A stretch of 64,000 nucleotides of DNA, taken from positions 25,441-89,440 of the forward strand of contig CAZQEQ010000002.1 of the NCBI GenBank assembly GCA_964592385.1. The letters run 5' to 3'. Below are positions 1 through 8,721 of the stretch, one piece after another. Positions within the stretch are counted from its first letter, which is position 1. Every line of letters begins with the position of its first letter. The DNA comes from an uncultured candidatus Brocadiaceae bacterium. GTDB taxonomy: Bacteria; Planctomycetota; Brocadiia; SM23-32. The position numbers and the translations under genes were made by a program. The notes beneath the pieces were generated by a model that was not told the DNA's origin, made no database searches, and saw only the letters and a program-made list of their open reading frames with translations.

Positions 1-28
1 AGCAAGGGACTGGGAGGGACCGGACAAG

Positions 29-3000
29 ATGATTACCCGATCGAGTGCGTGCAGGCCGTGCATGGCGGTTGTCGCTCTCCTGGCGTTCACGGCGGGCTGC
101 ACGACGGCCCGGGGACAGGAGGAAGCGGCGCCGGAGGTGCGGGGCGCGCTGTCCCCGGAGGGCGTGACGGTTGACCCGCTGATCGCCGAGGGCGAGGCGC
201 CGCCGCCCGTCTGGGCGCCGGCGGCGCCGCAACAGGAGACCACGCGCCCCTACCGCTGCCGCATCGTCAGCTACGCGGACAAGTGGACCCGCCACGGATT
301 CAGCAACTACATGTGGTGGCGCCACCCCAACGGGCCGGTGGGCGAACGGGCGCCGGACTCCGAACTCTACAGCCTCACGCACGACCTGGACGTGGACGGC
401 GACGGCCGGACGGAGGACGACTACGTGGCCTCGCTCGTCTTCAGCCTGACCGAGCCGCTCAGCATCCCCGACTGGCCGATGGCGATGGCCTTCCCGGAGC
501 GGCGCAGCTCGCGCTTCTACGGCGGCGTGAGTTGGTACGTCTCCAACAGCACGCCGGAGCAGTCCCGCTTCTGGGTCGAGCAGGGCTACAACCCGGACCA
601 CAGCCCGCCCTTTTACGACGCCCGCGCCGAGGACCACCCCCTCCAGGGACAGGCCAACGAGAAGGTCGTGGACAGCTTCCACCGGCACTACTGGGCCATC
701 GTCTGGAAGAAGGATGACTTCCTGAACGACGGCGACAGGTATCGCGTCACCTTCGACGAGACCAGCCGCCTCGCCTCGATGTGTACGCGCAACTACTGGC
801 TCGGCTACGACGACGTGCGCATGATCGTCCAGGACGGCGAGCAACTCTACATCTCCGACACGGAGCAGTTCGACATCCCGACGAAGGGCTACGCGCCGAT
901 GCGCGGGAGGGTCTTCCTGCTCTATCCGACGGTGGCCACGTGGGCGGAGTACGAGCCGCGCGACCACTTCATCCACTTCGACCACGCCCGCGCCCGCTTC
1001 GCCAGGCACGAGTTCACCGACGTGCGCGCCGTCGGCTGGTACCTGGCCAAGGACCGGCTGCAGGGAAAGCAGAGCCACATCAAGTGGTACGGCTTCGAGG
1101 CGGACGCCGTCGTCCACCGCCCCGCGCAGGGAAGCGTCAACATCGACATGGTCAAGGTGCCGGCCACGGAGGGCGTGCCGGAGTTCTACGCGGCCACCTG
1201 CGAGCTGCCCTATCTAGTGTGGAGGGACATTCACCGCTACGGCGATTCGCCGTTCCACACGCTGGAGGCGCGCTACGTCTATCGCAAGGACGGCGACATG
1301 GGCAGCATGTTGTTCGGCGAGAGACCCCACGGCCCGGACGAGCCGGCGACGAACTTCACCTGGTACGACGCGCTCGCCATCTGCAACACCCTCTCGGAGA
1401 TGGAGGGCAAGGAGCCCTGCTACTACGTGGACGCGGAGTTCAACGAAGTGTTCCGCAACGTGCACGTCGCCACGCACGCCGTCGGGCCCGACTATACCGA
1501 GCGCAACCTGAAGAACCCGACCTACGAGGAGGTCCCGGAACCGGTGGTTCACGTCAAGTGGGACGCCAGCGGGCACCGCCTGCCGACCGTCGCCGAGTGG
1601 CGCGCGGCGGCGGGGAATGCGGGACCGGGCTGGGTCGCGCAGAACAGCGAGGGCACCACCCACCCGGTGGGCAGATCAAAGCCCAACGAGCGCGGCCTCT
1701 ATGACGCGATCGGCAACGTGTGGGAGCTGGTCTGGACGCACGGAGACGCCTTCGACCCGGAGCAGGCGGACGCGCAGGTCGCCCTGGGCGGGGACTTCCA
1801 CCACCCGCATGATCCGACCTCTGCGTCGGCCGCGGCGTCGCCCTACGGCGACGAGCCGTACGACGGCGGCCACAACATCGGCCTGCGCCTGGTCTGCCGC
1901 GAGAAGGGCCTGGGCAGGCCGGCCATGGGCGCGGCCCCCGGCCAGCCCGGCTACTCGGCTGATCCCGTCCCCGCGTGGTCCTTCCGCAGGGACGAACGGA
2001 CCGCGGCCCGCACCGAAGAGGCCGAGCCGGAGACCCCGGTCCTGGACATGGCGGCGCTTGAGGGCGGGCAGTTCGTCCGCTTCCCGGAGCGCAACACGAT
2101 TACCGTCGCGCCGCTGGACGTCGCCAAGTACCCGACCACCTACGCGCAGTGGAAGCGCGTGCTCCAGTGGGCGGAGGCGAACGGTTACACCTTCAGCAAG
2201 ACCGGCGACATGGGCAGCATGTACTGGTATGCCTTCACGCACCGCCCCGACGAGCCGGTCGTCCAGCTCACCTGGCATGACATGCTGGTCTGGTGCAATG
2301 CCCTGTCCGAGATGGAGGGCCGGACCCCCTGCTACTACGAGGACGAGGAGTGCACGGAGGTCTATCGCAGTGCGTTCACCTACCGGGCGCTGAAGGTGGA
2401 CGGGCCGGAGCTGGTCGCCGCCGAGCCGCACCGCTACGCAGAGTACTCGGCCTACGCCCAGCCGTGGCTGTTCGTCCGGTGGGACACCGACGGCTACCGC
2501 CTGCCGACCGAGGCGGAGTTCGAGTACGCCCTGCGCGGCGGCACGCAGACCAACTACTTCTGGGGGACGGACGACGCGAAGAAGGACGATTACACCTGGA
2601 ATATCCTGAACGCCGGCGGCCGCACGCACCCCGTCGGGCAGAAGCAGCCCAACCCGTTCGGCCTCTACGATGTGCAGGGCAACGTGTACCAATGGCTGTT
2701 CAGCCGCTACAGGACCAGGATACCGGGCAGGCCCCCCGAACTGGACACCAACAACCCCAAGCAGAACCCGTACCTGTCCTGGCGGCAGCCGAAAGAGCTG
2801 TATTCCCCGCCGGGCGCCGGGATGCTCGTCGCGGGCGGGTCGTTCCTCTACGGCAACTTCAACGTCAACGGACAGCACGGCGTCACGGTGGACTCGCAGA
2901 ACTCCGTCAACGCGCTCTGCTACTACCCCGACGTGGGCTTCCGGGTCGTGCGCTGCGAGGCGGGCACCCACCCGCGCGACGGGCTGGAGCCGCTGGCAGA

Positions 3001-4120
3001 GTGGCCGACCGTCATCGAGATAGACCCGGCCGACTACGACCCGCTCCAGGGCGCCGCGTGGCGCGGCAACCTGCTCCGCGCGGGCACGTTCGAGACGCGC
3101 GGCGTCCGCCGGCTCAAAGGCCCGAAGTGGAAGTTCGAGACCGGCGGCCCGGTCGAGAGCTCGCCCGTGGTCACCGGGGGCGTCCTCTACGTGGGAAGCC
3201 ACGACGGCTTCTACGCCCTCGACGCCGGGACCGGCGAGCAGAAGTGGAAGGTGGACGTCCGGGGAGGCGTCAAGTCCTCGGCCTGCGTGGCTGGCGGCAC
3301 GGCCTTCTTCGGCGGCAACGACGGCAAGCTCTGCGCGGTGGACGCGGCGGGCGGCGAGGTCCGGTGGACGGCGCAGGGCAACGAAGCGCTGACCACCTCC
3401 CCCGCCGTGGCCTACGGCGTCGTCTTCGTCGAGGGCGCCTGGGGCTTCGACCCCGAGACTGGGAAGCAGGTCTGGACCACCAGCCGCGGGAGGCTGCGCG
3501 GGCAGGGCGACGCCCGCCGCAGCTCGCTCCTCGTCGCACCCGGCGGCGTCCTCTACCAGAACGGCTCGCCCTGCGACATCGTGACGGCCCGCTTCACCAG
3601 CGGCGACGGCGACACCTGGGCCAGCCAGAACACCGAGGCCCTCTGGGAGGACATGTTCTTCACGACCAACAGCGGCGTCGGCGGCGCCGTGAACCTGCCC
3701 ACACTGGTCGCGACCGACCTGGAGACCGGCCGCAAGAAGTGGAGCCGCGAGATCGTCCTGCCCGGGCAGTCCGTGGCCGAGCGGAAAGTAGTGCTCTGTT
3801 CGCCCGCCGTCTGGAACAACAAGGTCTACATCGGCTTTGACGGCGGCGCGCTCTTCGCCTTCGACGCCCTGCGCGGCAGCGACCTGTGGACCTTCAAGGC
3901 GCGCGACGCCATCCGCTCCTCGCCCTCGATATCGGCCGAGGACGGCGTCCTCTACGTCGGCTCGCACGACGGCAACGTCTACGGCCTCGACGCCGAGACC
4001 GGCGAGGAGCTCTGGCGATTCAAGACCGGCGGCAAGGTGACCTCCTCGGCGTGCGTCGCCGACGGCGTCGTCTTCATCGGCAGCGAGGACGGCACTATCT
4101 ACGCGCTCGAGGGCGAGTGA
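29..4120 (+). CDS. Large lipoprotein: unknown N-terminal region, two tandem FGE-sulfatase (SUMF1-like) domains, C-terminal PQQ/BamB-like beta-propeller
   Basis: 1363-aa ORF. The N-terminus MAVVALLAFTAGC is lipobox-like. Two internally duplicated segments each carry GDMGSM, W(Y/H)D..(A/L)..CN.LSEMEG..PCYY, GYRLPT.AE, THPVG, N..GLYD..GNV(W/Y) motifs typical of the formylglycine-generating-enzyme fold. The last ~350 aa are repeated blades of the form VLYVGSHDG..YALDA.TGE..W. Confidence 0.8.
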   Translation: MITRSSACRPCMAVVALLAFTAGCTTARGQEEAAPEVRGALSPEGVTVDPLIAEGEAPPPVWAPAAPQQETTRPYRCRIVSYADKWTRHGFSNYMWWRHPNGPVGERAPDSELYSLTHDLDVDGDGRTEDDYVASLVFSLTEPLSIPDWPMAMAFPERRSSRFYGGVSWYVSNSTPEQSRFWVEQGYNPDHSPPFYDARAEDHPLQGQANEKVVDSFHRHYWAIVWKKDDFLNDGDRYRVTFDETSRLASMCTRNYWLGYDDVRMIVQDGEQLYISDTEQFDIPTKGYAPMRGRVFLLYPTVATWAEYEPRDHFIHFDHARARFARHEFTDVRAVGWYLAKDRLQGKQSHIKWYGFEADAVVHRPAQGSVNIDMVKVPATEGVPEFYAATCELPYLVWRDIHRYGDSPFHTLEARYVYRKDGDMGSMLFGERPHGPDEPATNFTWYDALAICNTLSEMEGKEPCYYVDAEFNEVFRNVHVATHAVGPDYTERNLKNPTYEEVPEPVVHVKWDASGHRLPTVAEWRAAAGNAGPGWVAQNSEGTTHPVGRSKPNERGLYDAIGNVWELVWTHGDAFDPEQADAQVALGGDFHHPHDPTSASAAASPYGDEPYDGGHNIGLRLVCREKGLGRPAMGAAPGQPGYSADPVPAWSFRRDERTAARTEEAEPETPVLDMAALEGGQFVRFPERNTITVAPLDVAKYPTTYAQWKRVLQWAEANGYTFSKTGDMGSMYWYAFTHRPDEPVVQLTWHDMLVWCNALSEMEGRTPCYYEDEECTEVYRSAFTYRALKVDGPELVAAEPHRYAEYSAYAQPWLFVRWDTDGYRLPTEAEFEYALRGGTQTNYFWGTDDAKKDDYTWNILNAGGRTHPVGQKQPNPFGLYDVQGNVYQWLFSRYRTRIPGRPPELDTNNPKQNPYLSWRQPKELYSPPGAGMLVAGGSFLYGNFNVNGQHGVTVDSQNSVNALCYYPDVGFRVVRCEAGTHPRDGLEPLAEWPTVIEIDPADYDPLQGAAWRGNLLRAGTFETRGVRRLKGPKWKFETGGPVESSPVVTGGVLYVGSHDGFYALDAGTGEQKWKVDVRGGVKSSACVAGGTAFFGGNDGKLCAVDAAGGEVRWTAQGNEALTTSPAVAYGVVFVEGAWGFDPETGKQVWTTSRGRLRGQGDARRSSLLVAPGGVLYQNGSPCDIVTARFTSGDGDTWASQNTEALWEDMFFTTNSGVGGAVNLPTLVATDLETGRKKWSREIVLPGQSVAERKVVLCSPAVWNNKVYIGFDGGALFAFDALRGSDLWTFKARDAIRSSPSISAEDGVLYVGSHDGNVYGLDAETGEELWRFKTGGKVTSSACVADGVVFIGSEDGTIYALEGE

Positions 4121-4126
4121 GGGGCC

Positions 4127-5050
4127 TCAGTCGCCCGCGCCCTCTGCCGGACGTCGGGCGACGGCCGCGCCAGCGTGTTTGACCCGCACCTTGTAGACGG
4201 ACTTCCGCGCGGTCACGTACAGCGTGCGCCCGTCGGCGTCGCCGAAGGCCAGGTTCGCGGGCCGCTCCTCCATGCGGATGGTCTCCAGGTGCTCGCCCTT
4301 TGGGCTGACGATCCAGACGCCGTCGTAGGCCGTGATGTAAACGTTCCCCTTCACGTCCACCTTGATGCCGTCCGCGCCGAGCCTCTCGGGCCGCTCGGTC
4401 CGGATGAAGACACGGTCGTTCGCCAGCGACCCGTCCTCCTTCACGTCGAACGCGCGCAGGCAGTCCTTCTCCGTGTCCGCCACGTAGAGCACCTTCTCGT
4501 CGGGGGAGAAGGCAAGCCCGTTCGGCATGGCGAAGTCCCGGACCGCCAGCGTGAGCTTGCCGTCGGGACCGATGCGGAAGACGCCCTGGAAGTCCAGCTC
4601 GCGCTGCTCGGCGCGCACCCCGTACGGCGGGTCGGTGAAATAGACGGACCCGTCGGACTTCTCGACCAGGTCGTTTGGGCTGTTGAGCCGCTTGCCCTCG
4701 TACTGCGAGGCGAGCGAGGCCGCCACGCCGTCCTCGCCTGTGAGTGAGACCCGGCGGTTTCCGTGCTCGCAGGCGACCAGGCGCAGGTTGCGGTCGAATA
4801 TCAGCCCGTTCGAGTTGCCGCTGGGGCGCCGATAGACCTCCGGCCCCTTCTCGCCGAGCCGGTAGATCGTGTCGGCGGGAATGTCGCTGAAGACCAGGTA
4901 GCCGTCCGGGTGCCAGGCCGGCCCTTCGGTGAACTGGAGCCCCGTCGCCACACGCTCCAGCTCGCCGGCCACGAGCGACTCCTCCTGGGCGGGCGCCGCG
5001 GCAACCGCCGCAATCAGCAGGACAACCATGACCATCATCAACTCCTGCAT
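4127..5050 (-). CDS. SMP-30/gluconolactonase/LRE-like secreted protein
   Basis: 307-aa ORF with a hydrophobic signal peptide (MVMVVLLIAAVAAAPA). Motifs EGPAWHPDG, LNSPNDLV, GSVYFTDPPYG, PNGLAFSPDE and ADGIKVD match the six-bladed lactonase family. GGAGGG lies upstream of the ATG at 5050. Confidence 0.85.
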   Translation of the reverse strand: MQELMMVMVVLLIAAVAAAPAQEESLVAGELERVATGLQFTEGPAWHPDGYLVFSDIPADTIYRLGEKGPEVYRRPSGNSNGLIFDRNLRLVACEHGNRRVSLTGEDGVAASLASQYEGKRLNSPNDLVEKSDGSVYFTDPPYGVRAEQRELDFQGVFRIGPDGKLTLAVRDFAMPNGLAFSPDEKVLYVADTEKDCLRAFDVKEDGSLANDRVFIRTERPERLGADGIKVDVKGNVYITAYDGVWIVSPKGEHLETIRMEERPANLAFGDADGRTLYVTARKSVYKVRVKHAGAAVARRPAEGAGD

Positions 5051-5069
5051 CGTTCCCTCCTACGCTTTG

Positions 5070-5172
5070 CTGAGCCTCGCGGACTAGAGTCACTCAACCG
5101 AACCTCGGGACAATACCTCCAAGACAGGGGTCTTCCTTCCTGCTCACTTCGTCATCCTCTCACGCGGGCCTC
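5070..5172 (-). repeat. Intergenic repeat R1, copy a (about 103 bp)
   Basis: The reverse complement aligns over about 100 bp with 8551-8652 (roughly 83% identity by eye). It includes the core ATTGTCCCGAGGT(C/T)CGGT(C/T)GAGT and the end GTCCGCGAGGCTCAG. It sits immediately upstream of the RBS/ATG of the 4127-5050 gene. Confidence 0.8.
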
Positions 5173-5227
5173 CGTAACGGTACTGAGCCATTATCGGTTC
5201 GCCCCGCCGGTGCGCAACGACGTCTGT

Positions 5228-5445
5228 TCGTCCCGCAGGGACGATTGATAGCAGCCCACCGATTCATCGGTGGGGGCCGATGGTTCACCTCCCGCCAGTC
5301 CCGTAGGGACGGCTGAACGTCTGGCGGGCCGGCGTCCCGTGCGTTGCCTCATTTCAGCCGTCCCTACGGGACTGGGCCTGTTGCGGTTCGGCCGGAGTCC
5401 CAGCAGTGAACTGCTGGGCTATTGTCACGCCGCCCCTCCGGGGCG
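5228..5445. repeat. REP/BIME-like hairpin cluster forming a ~218-bp imperfect foldback
   Basis: A perfect 23-bp inverted repeat, CCAGTCCCGTAGGGACGGCTGAA (5295-5317) and TTCAGCCGTCCCTACGGGACTGG (5353-5375), is flanked by two inverted copies of a two-hairpin unit (5228-5274 and 5399-5445). Example hairpins are CCCACCGA-TTCA-TCGGTGGG and CCCAGCAG-TGAA-CTGCTGGG. Confidence 0.8.
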
Positions 5446-5508
5446 CCACGAACCGGACATCGCCCGGTCACCGTCCGGCCGCCCCTCCGGCGCGCCGGGC
5501 GCCGTGAC

Positions 5509-5536
5509 ATTATAGTCCGTCAGGCCACGGCGACAA
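5509..5536 (-). promoter_or_regulatory. Candidate sigma70-like promoter reading into the hairpin cluster and the lactonase-like gene
   Basis: The minus strand reads TTGTCG-N16-TATAAT (plus-strand cgacaa at 5531-5536 and attata at 5509-5514). It would give a ~450-nt structured leader. It is only hexamer matching. Confidence 0.35.
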
Positions 5537-5552
5537 ACTGTGGCTGCCAGGG

Positions 5553-7301
5553 TCATGCCTCCGGCTCGTGGGGCGCCGGTTGCAGGGCCGCCAGGGTCTC
5601 CCTGACGTCGGGGCTTCGGTCGGCCCGCGCTATGCGCTCCAGGTGCGGAACGGCGGCCGGGTTGCCCGCCTTGCGCAGCGCCAGGAGCAACCTCCTCTGC
5701 CGGTCGCGGAGCAGCCCGCCGTACCCGGTCAGGGCGGGCACAGCGGGGCCGACGTCGCGCCTGAGGATGCGCGCCAGCGCGCGGACGTCGAGGCCGGGAT
5801 ACCTGCGCTCCTCGAGGAGGAAGGCGACGGCGGCCTCGTCGTTCGACCAGCCCAGCGCCCGTATCGCCGCCCTCCGGACTCGCCGGTCGAGCGTGCTCCG
5901 GTACGCCATGAGCAGGGGCTCAGCCCCCCCGGATCCCGGCCCCGGCGGGACGGCCGTGAGCGCCTGGAGCCTCTTCCGCGTCGCGCTTTCCCACGCGAAG
6001 GACGCCGCCAGCACAACCGCCGCCGCCGCGCACGCCAGATAGACGGCGTCGAAGCCGCTGACCAGGCCGGCGCCGGCAGCGATCACCAGAAGGCCGTACG
6101 GAACGGCGGCCGCCAGGACGGCCTTCGCGACGTTCCCCGCCTGCACGGCGAGCGAAATCGCCAGCCCCGCAGAGAGAGCGGTCGCGACGCCCAGCCCGAT
6201 GACGATGCTCCCCCGGCCCACGAACTCGAGCCACTCCCCCGTCTGCACGACGAGCAGGTACGAGGCCGGCAGGCCGACCGACCAGATCATCAGCGTCGCG
6301 AACGCGCCCAGCAGGCCGTGCCGCCAGCAAAGGTAAACGCTCGCCGCGCCGAGCACCAGCCAGACGCAGACGGGCAGCACGAAGTGGGCGAAGCGGTAGC
6401 CGCGCGTCACCAGCGCCTTCACCCGCCCGACGTCCAGCAGGCCCGCGCCCAACATGCCTTCTCGGAAGAGGTCTGAGTCGATGGGACGGGCCGTCGAGGC
6501 GACGACGCGGAACGCCTCGGCCGGGGAGAGGTCCGGCGAGTGGGCCAGCACGTAGGCGACCGTGGCCGCCACGCGCGGGGCGGCGAAAGAGGTGCCGCGC
6601 GCCTCCATCTGCCGCAGCAGCCATTCGTGCGGCAGGAACTCGCAGTCGATGAAACTGACGTCCCCCGAGGCTGCGATGTCCACGTGCGGACCGTAGTTGG
6701 AGCGGAGCGCCTTGCCGCCCGGCGTCGCGCTGGCGACGGCTATCACGTCGGGGTAGGCGGCGGGGTACCCGGGCGCGTCCGTGTCGTCGTTGCCCGCCGC
6801 CGCCACGACGAGGACCCCCGCGGCCGCCAGGCGCCCTATCAAATCCTCCTCCTCGGCGCCGGGCTCGGGCGAGGAAAGGCTGACGTTGACGACGACGCGC
6901 GCGTCCGGGTGTCTCCCGACGTAATCGAGGACGGAGCGGAGGCCGTCCAGGTAAACTTCGCGGTCGATGCCTTCGCCCAGGCCCTCAACGGGAACGGAGA
7001 CGAGGCGGGTGCGGCAATAGCTGAGGATGACCCGCGCCACCAGGCTGCCGTGGGTCACGTCGGAGGCCTGGAGGCCGGCCACGCGGCCCTCGACGAAGTC
7101 ACGGTCCACCTCCGAGTCGAGCACGAAGATGACCGGCGCCCGCTCGTCCGCCGGCGCCCGGGGGGAGCAGCCGACCGCCAGGACGGCCAGCCAGACAAGG
7201 TACACGCGCCAGGTCACGGTCCGCCCTCCACGCGTCGGGCGCCCCGCCCGCCGCACAAAACGGCTGACAGCATGAAGCGCGGAGACCGCGGAGAACAACA
7301 A
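5553..7301 (-). CDS. Subtilase (S8) domain fused to a polytopic membrane region and C-terminal HEAT-like repeats
   Basis: 582-aa ORF. The signal is lipoprotein-like (LAVLAVGCS). Catalytic-triad contexts are VLDSEVD (Asp), THGSLVA (His) and GTSFAAPRVA (Ser). About 6 hydrophobic helices follow, then HEAT/PBS-lyase-like repeats (RRAAIRALGWSNDEAAVAFL, GNPAAVPHLERIA, SPDVRETLAAL). The exact start is uncertain. Confidence 0.8.
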   Translation of the reverse strand: MLFSAVSALHAVSRFVRRAGRPTRGGRTVTWRVYLVWLAVLAVGCSPRAPADERAPVIFVLDSEVDRDFVEGRVAGLQASDVTHGSLVARVILSYCRTRLVSVPVEGLGEGIDREVYLDGLRSVLDYVGRHPDARVVVNVSLSSPEPGAEEEDLIGRLAAAGVLVVAAAGNDDTDAPGYPAAYPDVIAVASATPGGKALRSNYGPHVDIAASGDVSFIDCEFLPHEWLLRQMEARGTSFAAPRVAATVAYVLAHSPDLSPAEAFRVVASTARPIDSDLFREGMLGAGLLDVGRVKALVTRGYRFAHFVLPVCVWLVLGAASVYLCWRHGLLGAFATLMIWSVGLPASYLLVVQTGEWLEFVGRGSIVIGLGVATALSAGLAISLAVQAGNVAKAVLAAAVPYGLLVIAAGAGLVSGFDAVYLACAAAAVVLAASFAWESATRKRLQALTAVPPGPGSGGAEPLLMAYRSTLDRRVRRAAIRALGWSNDEAAVAFLLEERRYPGLDVRALARILRRDVGPAVPALTGYGGLLRDRQRRLLLALRKAGNPAAVPHLERIARADRSPDVRETLAALQPAPHEPEA

Positions 7302-7380
7302 GACAAAGGAATGCAGAACATCTTATCCCGGCTCTGCGGTCTCTGCGCTCTCTGCGGTGAATCCGTTTTGCCCGGCGTTC

Positions 7381-8157
7381 TCACGCGTCCACAATGCATC
7401 CGCGCAGGTAGGCGGCGAAGCGGCTGACGCCGCCGACCGGGTCCTCCGGCTCCTCGTACTCGATGGACAGGTAGCCCCGGTAGCCGGCCTCGCGCATGAT
7501 GCGGACCACCTTGCGGTAGTCCACCTGCTCGCGCCCGTCGCCCTGCCGAACGGTCACTTTGGCGTGGGTCGTGACGGTGCTGGGGGCGCACCGCGTGTAT
7601 TGCCCGTAAATGTCGCCCGTGAAGTTGCCGAAGTCCAGGTTCAGGCCGACCCAGGGGTCGTCCGCCATGTGCTCGATCAGGTCGAGGACGCCGGCGGCGT
7701 CGGAGGTCAGTCCGCCGTGGTTCTCCAGGGCCAGGACAACGCCGGCTACGGCGGCGATTCCGGCGCACTCGGCCAGGCCGTCGCGGACCCACCCGCGCGC
7801 CGTCGCCTCGTCAACGCCGTCCGGCTGCGGGCCGGCGAAGACGCGCAGCACCGGGGAGCCGAGCCGGGCCGACTTGACCAGCCAGTCCTTGACGTGCTCG
7901 ATCTGCTTGCGGCGCGCGTCGGCGTCGGCGTTGCTGAAGTTGCCCCCGACGGCCGTCCCGCTCACCTCCAGGCCCCGCCTGAAGACCTCTCGCTTCATGT
8001 AGTTCAGGTACTCGTCGGTTTCCTGGGGGAAGTAGTACTGGGTCAGCTCGACTCCGTCGAATCCGAGCTCGACGCACGTGTCCAGGAAGGACTCCATGCT
8101 CATCCCGCCCGCTTTCAAAAGGTCCCTGTACGAGTATGCACAAGTCGCCAGCTTCAT
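7381..8157 (-). CDS. Sugar phosphate isomerase/epimerase (xylose isomerase-like TIM barrel)
   Basis: The ORF track gives 7381-8196. I prefer the ATG at 8157 (MKLATCAYSY), which is preceded by CAGGAGGGCGGC. Motifs GFDGVEL, LRVFAGP, LALENHGG, LNLDFGNF and GYLSIEYE are typical of the family. Confidence 0.85.
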   Translation of the reverse strand: MKLATCAYSYRDLLKAGGMSMESFLDTCVELGFDGVELTQYYFPQETDEYLNYMKREVFRRGLEVSGTAVGGNFSNADADARRKQIEHVKDWLVKSARLGSPVLRVFAGPQPDGVDEATARGWVRDGLAECAGIAAVAGVVLALENHGGLTSDAAGVLDLIEHMADDPWVGLNLDFGNFTGDIYGQYTRCAPSTVTTHAKVTVRQGDGREQVDYRKVVRIMREAGYRGYLSIEYEEPEDPVGGVSRFAAYLRGCIVDA

Positions 8158-8188
8158 GCCGCCCTCCTGTGTCGCCCCGCGCCGCCGT

Positions 8189-8434
8189 TCAGGCAACGGC
8201 CGTGTGCTGGACCTCGCTGTCGCCCTGCACGCCGTGGCTCTGCGGGGGCTGGGGGAAGTAGATGCTCGGGAACATCGCTGCCAGCCGGTCGGCCTCCTCG
8301 GGCCGCCGGCCGATGATATTGTCGCGTTCGCGCGGGTCCTCGACCAGGTCGTAGAGTTCGTCCTCCTCGTCCCCGCCGCAGAAAGACGCGTGGTCCTGCC
8401 GCAGCGAGTCGAGCATGATGACGACGAAGTTCAT
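8189..8434 (-). pseudogene. Internally deleted sulfatase remnant (N- and C-terminal signatures joined in frame)
   Basis: The product reads MNFVVIMLDSLRQDHASFCGG, which is the sulfatase N-terminal metal-site context. It is followed directly by DEEDELYDLVEDPRERDNIIGRRPEEADRL, a sulfatase C-terminal signature. The ~400 aa in between, including the Cys/Ser-x-Pro-x-Arg active-site segment, are absent. Confidence 0.55.
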
Positions 8435-8550
8435 CGGGCGTCCTGTCAAGAGCGCTCCAAAGGGAGAATGCCGTACCTTACGCGACCCCCGACGGGTTGT
8501 CAAACGGCCGCGAAGCGGGCCCGGGGAAACCTCGGTTCGCTCTCTCTACA

Positions 8551-8652
8551 GAGGCTCGCGTAAGAGGGTGACGAAGTGAGCAGCGGGAAAACCCCTGTCT
8601 TGCAGGCATTGTCCCGAGGTCCGGTCGAGTCACCCTGGTCCGCGAGGCTCAG
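8551..8652 (+). repeat. Intergenic repeat R1, copy b
   Basis: GAGGCTCGCGTAAGAGGGTGACGAAGTGAGCAG...GGCATTGTCCCGAGGTCCGGTCGAGTCACCCTGGTCCGCGAGGCTCAG. It is the inverted counterpart of 5070-5172. Confidence 0.8.
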
Positions 8653-8721
8653 TTCACGTTCGGCGCCCCGGAGCGGCGGCGTGAGGGTGAGCCGGCGATG
8701 TTTGATTCGCGGAGGCCCGGA

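Noticed and set aside
1676-3967. A 763-aa antisense ORF. Many similar long ORFs appear in the track, e.g. 9343-10845(-), 12470-13969(-), 18717-20660(+), 20937-22865(+), 27368-29020(+), 29965-32178(-), 32007-33458(-), 41633-43318(-), 51873-53501(-), 53624-55096(+), 55048-56883(-) and 59259-60659(-).
   Set aside because: They lie opposite or out of frame to genes with clear family motifs. They are dominated by Arg/Ala/Gly/Pro/His runs, as expected from stop-codon-poor frames in ~70% G+C DNA. They show no recognisable motifs.
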